Shown here: piece after piece, positions 52,301 to 64,000 of the stretch | How the letters are laid out: each line of letters starts with the position of its first letter | Numbering within the stretch: position 1 is the first letter of the stretch | DNA from: Azolla caroliniana | Lineage: Eukaryota; Plantae; Polypodiophyta | Assembly (NCBI GenBank): GCA_043228905.1 | Contig: JBHGNT010000006.1 | Coordinates: forward strand, 16,430,001-16,494,000 | Length of the DNA: 64,000 nucleotides | Direction: 5' to 3' | Made by a program: the position numbers and the translations under genes | The notes under the pieces: generated by a model | Databases searched by the model: none | What the model was told of the DNA's origin: nothing | Seen by the model: only the letters and a program-made list of their open reading frames with translations

Positions 52301-55300
52301 CTTTACCTGAATCCGTAAGCTGGGGATCTGGAACTCTACCGGCATGACCGCTTCTAATCCAAATGCTAGTCGGAACGGGGTTGTCCGGATGCTGGTTTTG
52401 TACGTTGTTCGGTACGCCCATAGCGCGCTTTGCAATTTCGTATCCCAGTCGGTCCGGTTCTCGTTGACGATTTTTGGTAGGATGTTCTGCAGAGTTTTGT
52501 TCGTTGATTCCGCTAGTCCATTGGCTTGAGGGTAGTACGGTGTACTCTTTTTATGTACCACCGCGTACAATGACGTCAGGCTTTCTACTACCTGCCCGAG
52601 AAAATGTCCTCCTTGGTCACTTATAAGCTCGAGCGGACATCCGTACCGGCACCATATGCATTCGTACAGAAACTTTGCCGTGGAAGCGGCCGTGTTGTCC
52701 CGTAAGGCCTTTGCTTCTACCCATTTGGTGCAATAGTCGGTCGCCACTATGACATACCGATTTCCGGTTCGCATTGCCGGTGGTTTGAAGGGACCGACAA
52801 AGTCCAACCCCCACTTTTGAAACGGTTCTAAGCGCAAGACCGGGTGGTGTGGCATCCAGGCCTGCTCTGTGGGTTGGCCCAGTCGTTGACACAAATCGCA
52901 TTCTCTGCTATACTTCACCGCATCTTTTAGGGTGGTCGGCCACCACAGTCCGCTCTGCCATATTTTCCAAGCGGTTGCGTCGCCGGCAATTCCACAATGG
53001 GCTTCCCTGAGGATTAGATCCTTCTCATTGCTCCGCACTGCTCGTCTCCAGATGCCATCTGCCCCCTTGTGATAGAGGGTGTCTCCAACCAAGCAGAAAT
53101 GTCTACTTCTTACTGCTACCCTTTTCCTTTCATCGCGGTCCATGTTGTCCGGGGGAACTCCGGTGCTCAGGAACTGGTGCATCTCAGTTAGCCATGTGTC
53201 TTCGTCGGCTACCGTTGTATCCGTTGCCAGTTTCGTCGTGATCCGGAACAATTCGGCGTCGGGAAACTCATCCTGGACGTCGTCCCCTGCTTCTCCGGAT
53301 TCAAGTCTGCTTAGATAGTCCGCAACCGCATGCTGCGCCCCGGGTCGGTGGAAAATGTCGAATTCAAATTCCTGTAGTAGCAGTGTCCACCGTGCAATTT
53401 TTCCCGTCAGGGATGCCTTCGAGACTAGGTAGAGTAGTGCCGAATGGTCGACATGGAAGGAAAACTTCCTTCCGAGCAGATAGTGCCTGTACTTTGTGAC
53501 ACTATACACCATTCCTAATGCGTCGCGTTCCGTCGTAGAGTAGTTCCGTTCGGCTTTTGAGAGTTTCCGGCTTGCGTAGTACACCGGTCGGTACCATTTC
53601 GGCTCTGTGAGTTGCATCAGAACGCTGCCGATTGCTACGTCCGACGCGTCGACGAAGACGTGAAAGCTTTTACTCCAATCCGGCGGTTGCACCACCGGAG
53701 CTTGCGACAACATGACCTTCAACGCTTTGTAGGCTTCCTCCTCCGTCTCTGCCCATAGGAAGGGTACCCTATGTACGGCGGTATGTAACGGTGTAGCGAA
53801 GTCCGCGAGGTGCCGTATCATCCGGCTATGCCACCTTATTTGGCCCAGGAACCGGCTTAAAGCCTTTGCGTTACTTGGTGCTGGTGCATCGAGAATCGCC
53901 TTGACTTTATCCGGATCTACCGCGATTCCTTCCTTACTCACCACGTGCCCTAGCAAGTTGCCGCTTGCCACTCCAAAGACGCACTTGGCCGGATTCAGGC
54001 TCAATCGGTACTCGCGGCACTTCTCCAAGCACAGTCGGAGGTGATCGAGATGCTCTCCGTGCCGGCTGTAGACCGCGAAATCGTCAAGGAAGACCTGCAT
54101 AAAACCGGGGATATATTCCCCGAAAATTTCCATTATTATCCTTTGAAAGGTCGCTGGAGCCGTCTTTAGTCCGAACATCATCACGACCGCGACGAACACT
54201 CCCCATTCCGTCACGAACGCTGTCTTCTCTTGGTCGGCCGGGTTCATTCGTATTTGGTTGTAGCCGCTAAATCCATCCAGGAAGCTGTAAACTTCGTGCC
54301 CGGCTACCGCATCTAACACCCCGTCCGTAAATGGTAGTGGAAACGCATCGGTCACTGTTGCGGCATTTAGTTTTCGGTAGTCCACGCATACCCGGATTTT
54401 TCCGTTCTTTTTCGGGACCACCACTATCGGACTCAGCCAGGTTGCCTGCTTGACTGGTTGGATAAATCCGACCCGGAGGAGCTTATCAATTTCCTCCTTC
54501 ACCTTTGCCGCATAATTCGGATTCATCCGGTATCTGCGTTGAGCAATCGGTTTCGCGTCCGTACTTAGGTGAATTTGGTGCTGATAGAGCTGGGGGTCCA
54601 GTCCTCGCATGTCTTCGTACGACCACGCGAACACATCCTTGAAGTCTGTTAACAATGCTACCATTGCCTTCGTTTCTTCCTTCGGCAATTCCTTTGCAAC
54701 ATTTACCGGTCGGGGCTTGTCTGCTGTGCCGAGGTCCACCTCCTCGAGTTGGGATGCTTTTACCCTCTGGGATATCGTCATTTCCCTCTCTAGGGATTCC
54801 TGCGCTTGTCGTAGTTCCCGGATCGCCGCTTGGTCCGGTTCTTCCGGCGTCGTAATGTACGGTTCTACTGCCGCCGTGATATCCACCTCAAATAGTGGGA
54901 CGATTCGTGGGTGTTCCTCGAGGTACCGCTCGACTTCCTCGTCCGGTAAACCCTCCAACATGTTAATGCTTTCCGCATACAATGGAGTTGCTTCCTTACT
55001 GGTGATCACCCGTGGTTGCGTCGTTACTCGTACCTTTGTTTTCCCTCGCCGGAATGTGATCATGTTCTTTTGCCACTTCTGCTTGATATGCGCCGTTCGC
55101 AGCCATGGTCGTCCTAGCAGTAGGGGGTACGCGCCTTGTACATTCAGCTGCAGCACCACGGCCGATATCCGGAATATGTGGCCTCCGATCGTGATTTCCA
55201 AATCCCGGATAAGCCCGGTCGGTCGGACTGAGCTAGTATCGGCCATGCGTAACCAGAAGGGGCATGGTTCCCATTCCCGGATGCCCAGGTCGTTGCATGT

Positions 55301-58300
55301 CTGTTGGCTGATGACATTTACCCCGGAGCCTCCGTCAATAATCGTTCCAGCAATTTCCTTTCCTTTCACGATTGTCGTGATCGCCGGGCTACTTGTATCG
55401 ACCACCGCTAGTCCTTCCTCCGGGTTGGAGAAGAATGCTGGTGCTGGCGTCGGCTTCGGTTTGCTGACGGATGCCTGTAGGTCTGCCGTAAATCGTGGCA
55501 CTAACTGTAGTAGTCGTGCTAACCGCAGCACGATTTGACAGTCCTGTAGCGCTTGCCACGTCGGGTTTTCTCCTGGCTGTATGATTTCTTCGTCTTTTGG
55601 CATATTTTGGTCTCTTACTTCTGCCGCATTCTGTTCATTGGCCTCCTTGATCCATTGTGTCGCTTGTTTTCTGATTGCCTCCTGGGCTTCCCACTCGGCG
55701 GTCTTTCCCTTTGACCGGGTTGTGACCTGCTGTACTTCTGTTATTTCGGCTGTAACCATGTTGACTTCCGGCTGCTTGTCATAGCTTTTGCTTGGGCATT
55801 GGTTACTATAGTGGCCTTCCTTGCGGCAGTAATAACAGTACACCTTGTGACTGTTGCTCGTTTCTCCTTTGTCCTCGGTTTGGAGGGTGGGTATGCTCCG
55901 GCGGTCGTCTTCGGTTTTTCGGTTATCCAGTACGGATACCGGGTTGTCATTCCTTGCTGCCTCCCGACGTTCCTCTCTTCGGAAAAATCCACGCTTCTGA
56001 TTCCGTCGGAAATTTCGGTTCCCTTGTTGCCTCTCTTCTCTGTGTCGGTCGTATTCCGGGGCTCCGTCTCGGTCGTACCGGTCCCGAGGGTAGCTATCTT
56101 TGCGTCTCTCCTCTCGGTCATAGTTGTCGCGTCTTCTATCAGCGTATCCTTGTCGCCTCTCTTCTCCGCGTCTGTCGTCTTCCGGGGATTCGTCTCTGTC
56201 GTACCGGTCCCGGGGGTAGCTATCTCTGCGTCTCTCCTCTCGGTCATAGTTGTCGCGTCTTCTATCAGCGTATCTGTTACCGCGTTCGCGTTGGTTGCGG
56301 TTGTCTCTCCGGAATCGATCCTCGTCCGGGTTCTGATTGCGCGGTTCTATGTGTCGAACCGGTGCTGCCTGCCGATTTAACAGGTTGTATTCGCATCGGT
56401 CCGTTGTATGGGCTCGAGAGTTGCAGATCACACATTGTGTCCGTAGGGTGCAGTCTATTGTTGAGTGCCCCGAATTTAGGCATGTTGTACATTGTAAGGC
56501 CTGTCAGAACCTCAGGTCTTCCTCTTTTGGGAGTGCCCGGTGTAACATCCCCATCGACAAGAAGGGGCTAGTCTTGTCCATTTCTAAAACCCGATCAATA
56601 ACTTGGTCCATTGTGCTGGTTTGGAAATCAAGGACTCCGCACATTGTTCGAAGTGGCTCTTTCAGTGCGGCCAGAAAGACTGCTTTGGCTTCGTCTTCGG
56701 GTGGTGCTCTTGTCAGTTGGCTGTGCAGGGTCTGGAACCGAATGATGAATTGTGGCATAGTCTCGTTCTCTTCCTGTCGGGTGGTGTAGAACTGCCCGAC
56801 CAATTCCCTTTGCTCAAATTGTCTGTGAAAAAACCTGAGGAATCTGGCCTTCAAGGCATCGAATGTGGCAAACGTGCCTGGTAAGTGCTTTGCGTGCCAT
56901 TGGGCCGCCGGTCCTTTTAAGGTTATGCCAAATTCGGCGATTTTGGATCGTTCGGCTTCGGGCTCCGTCAGTCTTTGGGAGATATAGTTGGCTTCCCATG
57001 TTTGGAGGAATGCGTACACGTGTGCCTCCGCGTCGGCCTCATCCCGGTACTTTGGGTATGGGTACGGCATCGTGTCGTCCAACTGACTCTCCTGTTCCCT
57101 CCGTTCTCTGTCCGCTGTTGGCGTTGGTGTGAGAACCTTTGGTTCCTCCGTGGGTGTTGCCGGTGTCCGGTCCGTTGGCGTTGGTGTGAGAACCTTTGGT
57201 TCCTCCGCGGGTGTTGTAGGTATCCGCTCCTTCGGTTCCCTCGCGGTTGTTGTTGGTATCCGGTCAGCCTTCCTCGGCGGTTGCCGGTCACCGAATTCCA
57301 GGGTTATTTCTTCCTCTGGCGCCGGTGTTACTGAGTCTTCCGACCCCTCGTCCTCCCGGTCATTTGGTGTGTCGTGGCTGCTTTTATACCGGGATGCAAC
57401 GCTTCCGTCGCTTTCCGACTCCGCCTCAAGTGTTGCGAATGCTTCCGAGTCCCCGTCGCCCGCGGCGAGCGTCTGCAGTATCGTTTCCGCCTCTTGCATG
57501 CTTGTTATGCTACTGCCTTCGTCGGGGATTTGCAGAACCCGGAACTGCAGTGCTTCTTCTGCGACTCTCCGAAGAGTTTTGGAGAATGACCGATCCCGCC
57601 GGATCTCGTCGACGGCTTGCTGCAGGGCTTCCCGTCGTTGCTCGCGTTCGGTGTATCGTCTCCCTCGTTCGGTGATGTGGTCGTCGTTTGGTTTAGACAT
57701 CCATCCCCCGGTTGTCCTCTGCACTTTGCAGGAATCGTGGTCGCCAAAATAGTGTTGTCTGTCTGGTTGGACTAGCCTCAACACAGGTGTCTACCCGACA
57801 CTTCTCCAAAGGGGTGGTAAGGATTGGATGCTAGGTTACACGCATAAGCACGGACGGCAAACAATACAAGATACAGATAAATACACAATAATTACTATTG
57901 TATTACTTCCGTCAAAAAAACTTTACAAATCATCGGATCCTTTTATAGGCATCCGGCAAGGTTACAATCGGTGCGCTTAGGCAACCGACATCCGAATCGG
58001 TTCGGATCCGGATCGGTACAACTGTACCGAATCCGTCCCTCTGAATAATAATTCTACTATTACTTCCTATTATCCGATCCGATTCCGCCTTCCCACTTGT
58101 CCTTGCTCTTCTGACCGGCCAACAGAGACCGTGTGTCGGCATAAGACCGAAGACAAAGGAGGTGGCGAAGAGGAGACAATATGGCTCGAGGCGAGCATAC
58201 ACGGAGGGAAGGATATGGCCGACGAGCAGGCCAAGGATGAAGCCGCGGTTGAGTTCGATGGAGAGGTTACATGCGGGAAGGAAGGAAGAGTCGAGAACCG

Positions 58301-58814
58301 GTCGAACCGGAAGACGATCCGGCCGAGATTCCGGCTCGAACGAAGGAAGATCCACATGGGAGCCGATCGACCGCGGCTGACCTGGCTGAAACCTGATTCG
58401 GCGAAAATCGATCGAACGATTCCAATCCAAAAGGGGGTCGACCCAGCCAGAATCAATCGGTCGAGCCCGACTCGGGGAAATGCGAATGTAGACGAAGGCC
58501 AACCCAGCCAAGAAGCGATCAGCGGAGACCGATCCGGAGAAGGGCAAACCTGGCAAAATCGAAGATGGACACGAACGATCCACAATACCCGGTTGAAGAA
58601 ACCCAATCGAAGGACAAGCGCGGTGGACGAAGGAAGAGCGGTCGTATCGACGACATCGTTCGGTAGATCTACTACAACCGATTGGGGAAGAAGGTGTGAG
58701 CGCCGGATATGGTGGATCGGGTGGCTACGGTGGTTCGGTTGGAAAGATTGCGCATACTCGAAGTGGAAGACGAAGTCAGACGAGGTTGACGAGCATGCAG
58801 AGGAACTCGGTTGA
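49336..58814 (+). CDS. Element B ORF split by D (49336-50747 + 58130-58814, ~698 aa): capsid-like N-terminus plus uncharacterised tail
   Basis: YFNGAEVQSFLKVYNAEM..LEEDDGANGLIEDW aligns with A/C gag; removing D and one GAGAC gives the open reading ..SAVETVCRHK.. Confidence 0.8.
50748..58124 (-). mobile_element. Element D: young full-length non-chromovirus gypsy (Athila/Tat-like RT)
   Basis: LTRs 57753-58124 and 50748-51134, near-identical apart from a 15-bp indel and a few substitutions; 5-bp TSD gagac; PBS tggcgaccac ~57737-57746. Confidence 0.97.
51554..57700 (-). pseudogene. gag-pol: Element D single-frame gag-pol polyprotein with one TGA at 56504-56506
   Basis: ORFs 56504..57784 and 51554..56431 share a frame; E has Arg at the stop position; IIDGGSG, CVDYRKLN, FLDGFSGYNQI, FLDD, VDASD, WGLDFVGP, YYPQANG, WTGPF. 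Confidence 0.94.
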
Positions 58815-59541
58815 TCACCGTTGCCAAAGATCTCACCTCTTCACCTTTCTCAGCACATACCGGAGGATGTGCGGGTTTGGTGGGGGTGGATGTCGTGACG
58901 ATTTTCGGCTACGGTGTGAAACCGAGTGAGACGAATAAACCAATGATGTGCAACATTGCACATACACTTAGCAAATAAGCCTCCTAAGGCCTAGTGGCAC
59001 TTGAGTCCATACAGAGGGGTGCAAGCAAGGTTTGAACCTTGCACCTCTAAGATACAAGATAATTGCCTTACCACTAGGACAACTATCATATAGTGTAGAT
59101 TTTATGTATTTCCTTTTCATATACAAATTATAGACGAAACAACCATAGAAAACCATGTGCACAAAACCATGGTTTTAAACCCATGGTTTGTGCATGACAT
59201 AAGCAAAACCGTGTGCACAAAACCATGGTTTTAGCCCATGGTTTTGTGCATGTCACAAGCATGGAAAGACCTATAAAAGCCTCTAGTTGGGCTTGTGTAA
59301 GGGGGGCTCAATATGTGATATCACCAACACCACTATCATCAATATAATTATATTTTTCTTTATCTTCTTCATATTTTTCTACTTCTCAAGTGTACAATTT
59401 TTCTTCTTCTCAAGTAAACCAATTTCATCTAATCTTACATTGATCGTCATCTCTTCGATAATTCCGCGAACATCCTCCCCAGTCCAAGACCCCGGTGGTC
59501 GCTCGAGTAGCACACGCACGCGCGAATCTTCGCGACAGCGG

Positions 59542-61142
59542 AAAGCGAGGTTTTGGCATATTCGGATATCTCGGATACGGCCCATGAGTTCAACGCCCTT
59601 TTACAGTTCGGAACTTCTTTTGAGCTCATGGAATTCCTGGCAACACAACAGGTAAAAGCCTCCCAACGAATGGCCGAGGAGCACGCGGAGCGCCAGATGA
59701 TCGAGTGCGCCCTAACACAAACGACAGAGAGCGACGATGAGGACCGGTTAGCCAAGGTCGGCAGACAGAGGAACACCGGGGTACGCCGAGTGGGGATGGA
59801 GATACCCCCATTAAACACGGCCCTAGTCGAAGTCCATAGAGAACTGGCAAAGGTCAGCATGGGCGCCAAGGAGATGACCATTAAAAATAAGAATGTCTGG
59901 AAGAAGGTGAAACTGACCCACGCCGAACTGCAAAAAGCCAACGGACGCATCGCGGAGTTGGAAGCTAACGCGAATATCGCGCAATACGCAACTCCACCAC
60001 CAAACCACGCCATCGACGCTTTAAAGGAAGAAATTGAGGCTCAGACCGGCATCACCTGAAAAGCGAAAAGGGCCGTGCAACTAGCGGAATCAGAAATTGA
60101 CCCCCTTCGAGCTGAAGTACGCCAATCCTCAGACAGAGAAAAGGAGATACGGGCTAACGGCCTGAAGGCAGTAAAAAACCTTGAAGAGAAACTCGCTACG
60201 GAGGTAGCTAAGCACATCCGGACAAAAGACAAAAATGCCCAATTACGGGAGGACGCAAAGAAATCGGAGGTGGCAATCGCGGGATTCCGGGCCTTATTAG
60301 AGAAAAAGAAGGTATGGTTCGACGAGCAGCTGGTGGTCGAACAAGAAAGAAGGCATCAGCTCGAAATCTGCGTAAAGAATGAAATGGGGAAATTAGAAGA
60401 ACAACATGCAAAGGAATCCCAGCTATGGGCGGGCCTGAAGGCCACGCACGAAGAAGCAGCGGCGGTTAAACAACAAGAAATTGCAAACCTCCAGAAGTCG
60501 ATGGAGAACGCACGCAACCGTTGCCAGGCCATCACAGATAACGTGCGTATCCTTCTCCAAACAAATCGGGAGAGGTTCATAGCGCAATTGAAAACGACGC
60601 TGGACAAAGGATGGATAGCGTGGACAACCCAAGCAGCGGAATTGCACGCGTATCGTGCGGACTGGGAGAACCAGTGAAAAGACGGCCGAGGTTTCTATAA
60701 ACTAAATGAGCAGAGCATTGCGGCCATACGAGAGGACCTAGTGCAAGACTATCGTGCGCTAGCGGACCAACACTCCGAAGAACTCGCACAGCTCTTAGAT
60801 GATTTTGGTGAAAGCCAGGAGGAGCTATTTCACCAGATCACACAAGCCGGCAACACGCGAACAAATGAGGAATCCAATGCGACGCCAATTTCGGGCATGG
60901 GGGAAGAAGAGGAACCTCAGGCCAGATCACCAGAAATTACAACGACGGGGAACAATGCGGACCGACGAGCAGAGTCCCCCATAGTACCCATGCTATCATC
61001 GGACCACATGGAGAACGGTGGGGGCCAGGCGGAATCGCAGCCCCACTCCCCGGAACATACAAAGACGGTCGACACCACGACGGAAGTAACGATTGAGACA
61101 GAGCCGCGGCCAACTGCAAGCACGACGATGGCGGAGGGGTAG
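59542..61142 (+). pseudogene. C-terminal half of the decayed long ORF: coiled-coil region and acidic tail
   Basis: ORFs 59553, 60075 and 60741 all lie in one frame separated by stops; E/K/Q/A/L-rich helical sequence. Confidence 0.7.
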
Positions 61143-62275
61143 TTGCTTTTGTAACTGCATCCGATGAAACCATTCTCAGTTAATGGTTTTGACTGATATT
61201 GGTTTCAATACTCGGACAACATAGATTTTATAGTTTTAGGCAAAGGTGATGTCAATGAAACAAGTTGTTGGTTATGCCCTTGTGTTAAGCATATGGCACA
61301 CAACACGACGACCGTGAAGAAAAGTGCACCAACAAAGGACACAGTGCAACTAAGGAAGTATACAAAAATGAAGTAGAACTAGCCAAATAGGGGGAAAGCC
61401 ATGCCAATGGGCAACCTAGTGTGAAACGACTACACTTATGATGTTTGTAAAAGCTACCTTGTGGTGTCTTAATAGCTTCTTCTCATTCTTAAGAATTTCC
61501 TAGTGATTAAAGCTCAAAAACTCATTTCTACCTCCTTTGTACCAAGTGCTTAAGAGAGATTAACGATAGTGTTTAGTGAATAAATGCTAATCTCTCCGCT
61601 TTGTCGGTGCTAGACCTCTTTGTAACAAGAGTGGTGTAATAAAACATATACTTTGTCTTCTACTTTGTTCAAGAGAGTAAGCAAGAGAGTGTGTGTGAGA
61701 GAGAGATTAGTGTTAATAATATACCATTAAGTGAGTTATCGACTCAGAGGTATTTGATAACTACCTTTGTCCGGTTCGCCACCAATATGGTATATGTGGT
61801 CGGATCCCCAAACAAACGACATCGATAGGAGGCAAAAATCCGTCGATTGATAGAAGTGCTTCCATGAGGCGCACAACATCGACACATCTATTTGGCACCG
61901 TTGTTGGCGATAAGACCGACGCTTGAAGCTAACGACAAGCTTTGTGTAAGTTTGTGAGGCAAACCACTTAATTAGGAAGAGATTAAGAAAGGAAGCATTC
62001 TGTTTTCTAATTAAATTAAAAGTCTTTTTTCGTTCATTTTAATGTTATGTTTTTTGTTTTCATCTAATTATTCTTTAATCGCCAAGACATTATCATGCCA
62101 ATAGTGTGATTACCACTAATCATCTATCGAGACTTAACTATTGCAAATCTGAAAGGATTAGCGTGATCTCATTGAGAAGCATTCAAATCGGTTGATACAC
62201 GAAATTTTTTCGTTGGCATGAGATTCGGATTTGGCACCAATTTTGTTTTTCAAAAAACAGCAGCCAAGCGAAAAC

Positions 62276-62901
62276 TAACGAGAATCTGCGGAATAATCTT
62301 CGGCCACAACCAAGACTTAGATCACTTAATGATAATCAAACACAGTAAAAAATGGAGAAATGGAAGTAAGTACACAAACAGAAGTGAATACACAGGATGT
62401 TAACGTGGAAAACCCTAAACGGGAAAAACCACGGGAGCCCACAGACTCCAAACTATCACTATATGAGGAGAATACAATGAAGAACACAGAGGCAACAACC
62501 TCGTCCTCACACTCTTCGCCTGTCGGCGGTTACAACAGAGACTTACTCTGTTTCTCTCTGTCTCTCTCTCTCTTTCTCTCTCTCAATTGCGCTCTGTACA
62601 ACAGTTGCACACAATAACACTATACAACAAAATAATGACAACCCTCATCAAGAGTTTGCCTTAGGTCATATTTATACTAATATGACTTTCGGGCTATTTA
62701 CAAATATAGCCCTACTGGGCTCTCTGGAACATATTTACATATATGTCCCTTCATCCGGTGGAGGTTCTCACCGGGCCTGCAACATCCGGTTCTCACCGGG
62801 CCCTCATCATCCGGTTCTCACTGGGCCTTCATCATCCGGTTCTCACCAGGTCTTCATTGCCGGGTACTCATCTCCCATTCGAAGGGACCGAAATCCTAAC
62901 A
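62276..62901 (-). mobile_element. Solo LTR related to the Tork-like copia family at 4767-11260
   Basis: Shares cggccacaacc, aaaaccacgggagcccac, taggtcatatttatact, gggaccga..aaca with those LTRs; 5-bp TSD aaaac/aaaat. Confidence 0.85.
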
Positions 62902-63168
62902 AAAATTTGTCGAGCGTAAAAGTCAACAAGTGAAAACTCGTCCAGTGTAAAAGTCGACAAGTGAAAACTAGTCGACTGTAAAAGTTGACGAGTGAAAAGT
63001 TTTCGAGAGAAAAATCATCACTTCTAAAAGTCTTTGAGTGTAAAGTTGACAAATGAAAACTCGTCAAATGTAAGAGGCAACAAGCGAAAAGACGATGAGT
63101 GAAAACTCGTTGAGTGTAAAAGTCGACAAGTGAAAAGACAACGAGTGTAAAAGCCGATGAGTGAAAAC
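62902..63168. repeat. Degenerate ~31-bp tandem repeat (gtgaaaactcgtcgagtgtaaaagtcgacaa-like)
   Basis: Repeated gtgaaaac and gtgtaaaagtc half-units. Confidence 0.85.
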
Positions 63169-63279
63169 TGTTGGGAACAAGTGTTACCTAATGGACAAGT
63201 AAGACAAGGTGTGAAACGAGTCAAAGGGAGCCGAGCAATAAAAATCGAACAAAGGGAGCCGAGTATTAAGGAGGAACGG

Positions 63280-64000
63280 TGTCGTGAAGATCCGTCACTA
63301 CGCGCAGATCGTGAGGCGGAACCGCCGGGGTTCTGGACCGAAAGGACTCGAAGTTGGCACAAGCTTTAGCGGGAAAGGAATTAAGATAGATTGAAAGAGA
63401 GACATTGAGATAAGATAGAACGCTTGATTTTAGATTGAGAGAGAGATTAAGAACTCTTGACTTTAGATTTCAAGAACAAGGTATATCATCCAAAGGATAA
63501 CGAATTTTCTTCTTAATATTAATTTTGATTTAAAGTACAAAGCTTTTTTTTATCAAAAAATCCCCCCTCTTTTTACATTCTAATTTTTTATTATTTTCTT
63601 TTTTACCCTTCAATTTTACATTCCTTTCCTACCATCTGTCTCTTGGCTCCCACGTTGGTTCTCAACGCAACTGCCCAAGTCTCTAGATGGAGTGTCCTAC
63701 ATGGGTAACACCATCGTCCATCTCTTGGGTCTCACGTTGCCACATCGGCTTGAACTGCCCAAGTCTCTGGAACATGTGTGCTCCTCACATAGACACTCCT
63801 TCTACATTCTAATTTTTTACCTTTCAATTTTACATTCGTTTCCTACCATCATTCTCTTGGGTCCCACATTGGTTCTCAACGCAACTGCCCAAGTCTCTAG
63901 ATGGAGTGTGTCATTGGTTTGCTAAATCAACATACAATCTTCTTGTATCATGGGTTCGAATCCCATTTCCTACATGGGTATCACCACCGTCCATCTCTTG
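63280..64000 (-). mobile_element. LTR of an element-A relative, running off the window
   Basis: 63280-63400 is the reverse complement of the A LTR 3' end (ccccggcggttccgcctcacgatc...cttcacgaca); internal aactgcccaagtctct repeats; flank acgg. Confidence 0.82.

Larger units (their letters stand above)
48645..59537 (+). mobile_element. Element B: pol-less non-autonomous relative of A, interrupted by element D
   Basis: 647-bp near-identical LTRs 48645-49291 and 58891-59537; Trp PBS 49297-49314; PPT 58873-58890; only a gag-derived ORF inside. Confidence 0.93.

Noticed and set aside
56504-56506. Programmed stop readthrough in D gag
   Set aside because: Element E has Arg here (FRQAIQC), so it is most simply CGA>TGA decay
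54609-57752. Long antisense ORFs over D, and similar ones over other elements
   Set aside because: Shadow frames of GC-rich gag-pol with no independent motifs
62902-63168. CRISPR-like array
   Set aside because: Units are contiguous and degenerate with no unique spacers; eukaryotic TE context and no cas genes

Overview
Gene-free, transposon-dense plant heterochromatin, probably from a non-seed plant such as a moss (inferred from the Tcn1-like chromovirus and the LINE type). Almost every base belongs to nested retroelements: Ty1/copia pieces, two RTE/RTEX-like LINE fragments, a Tcn1-like gypsy, two tRNA-Arg-primed non-chromovirus gypsies and solo LTRs. The notable part is one gypsy lineage with TGTCG...CGACA termini: element C 25292-32430, autonomous element A 40714-48632, pol-less element B 48645-59537, a solo LTR at 18520 and an LTR from 63280. 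Members show an 18-nt tRNA-Trp PBS, 4-bp CG-rich TSDs, a DHG protease motif, a GGAUUUU + pseudoknot -1 frameshift signal and a covarying pre-PPT hairpin. Three LTR types carry an antisense tRNA-like A-box/B-box cassette. A and B appear to have integrated together as one end-to-end cDNA heterodimer with a single GCGG TSD. No host gene is recognisable. All coordinates and alignments were read by eye.
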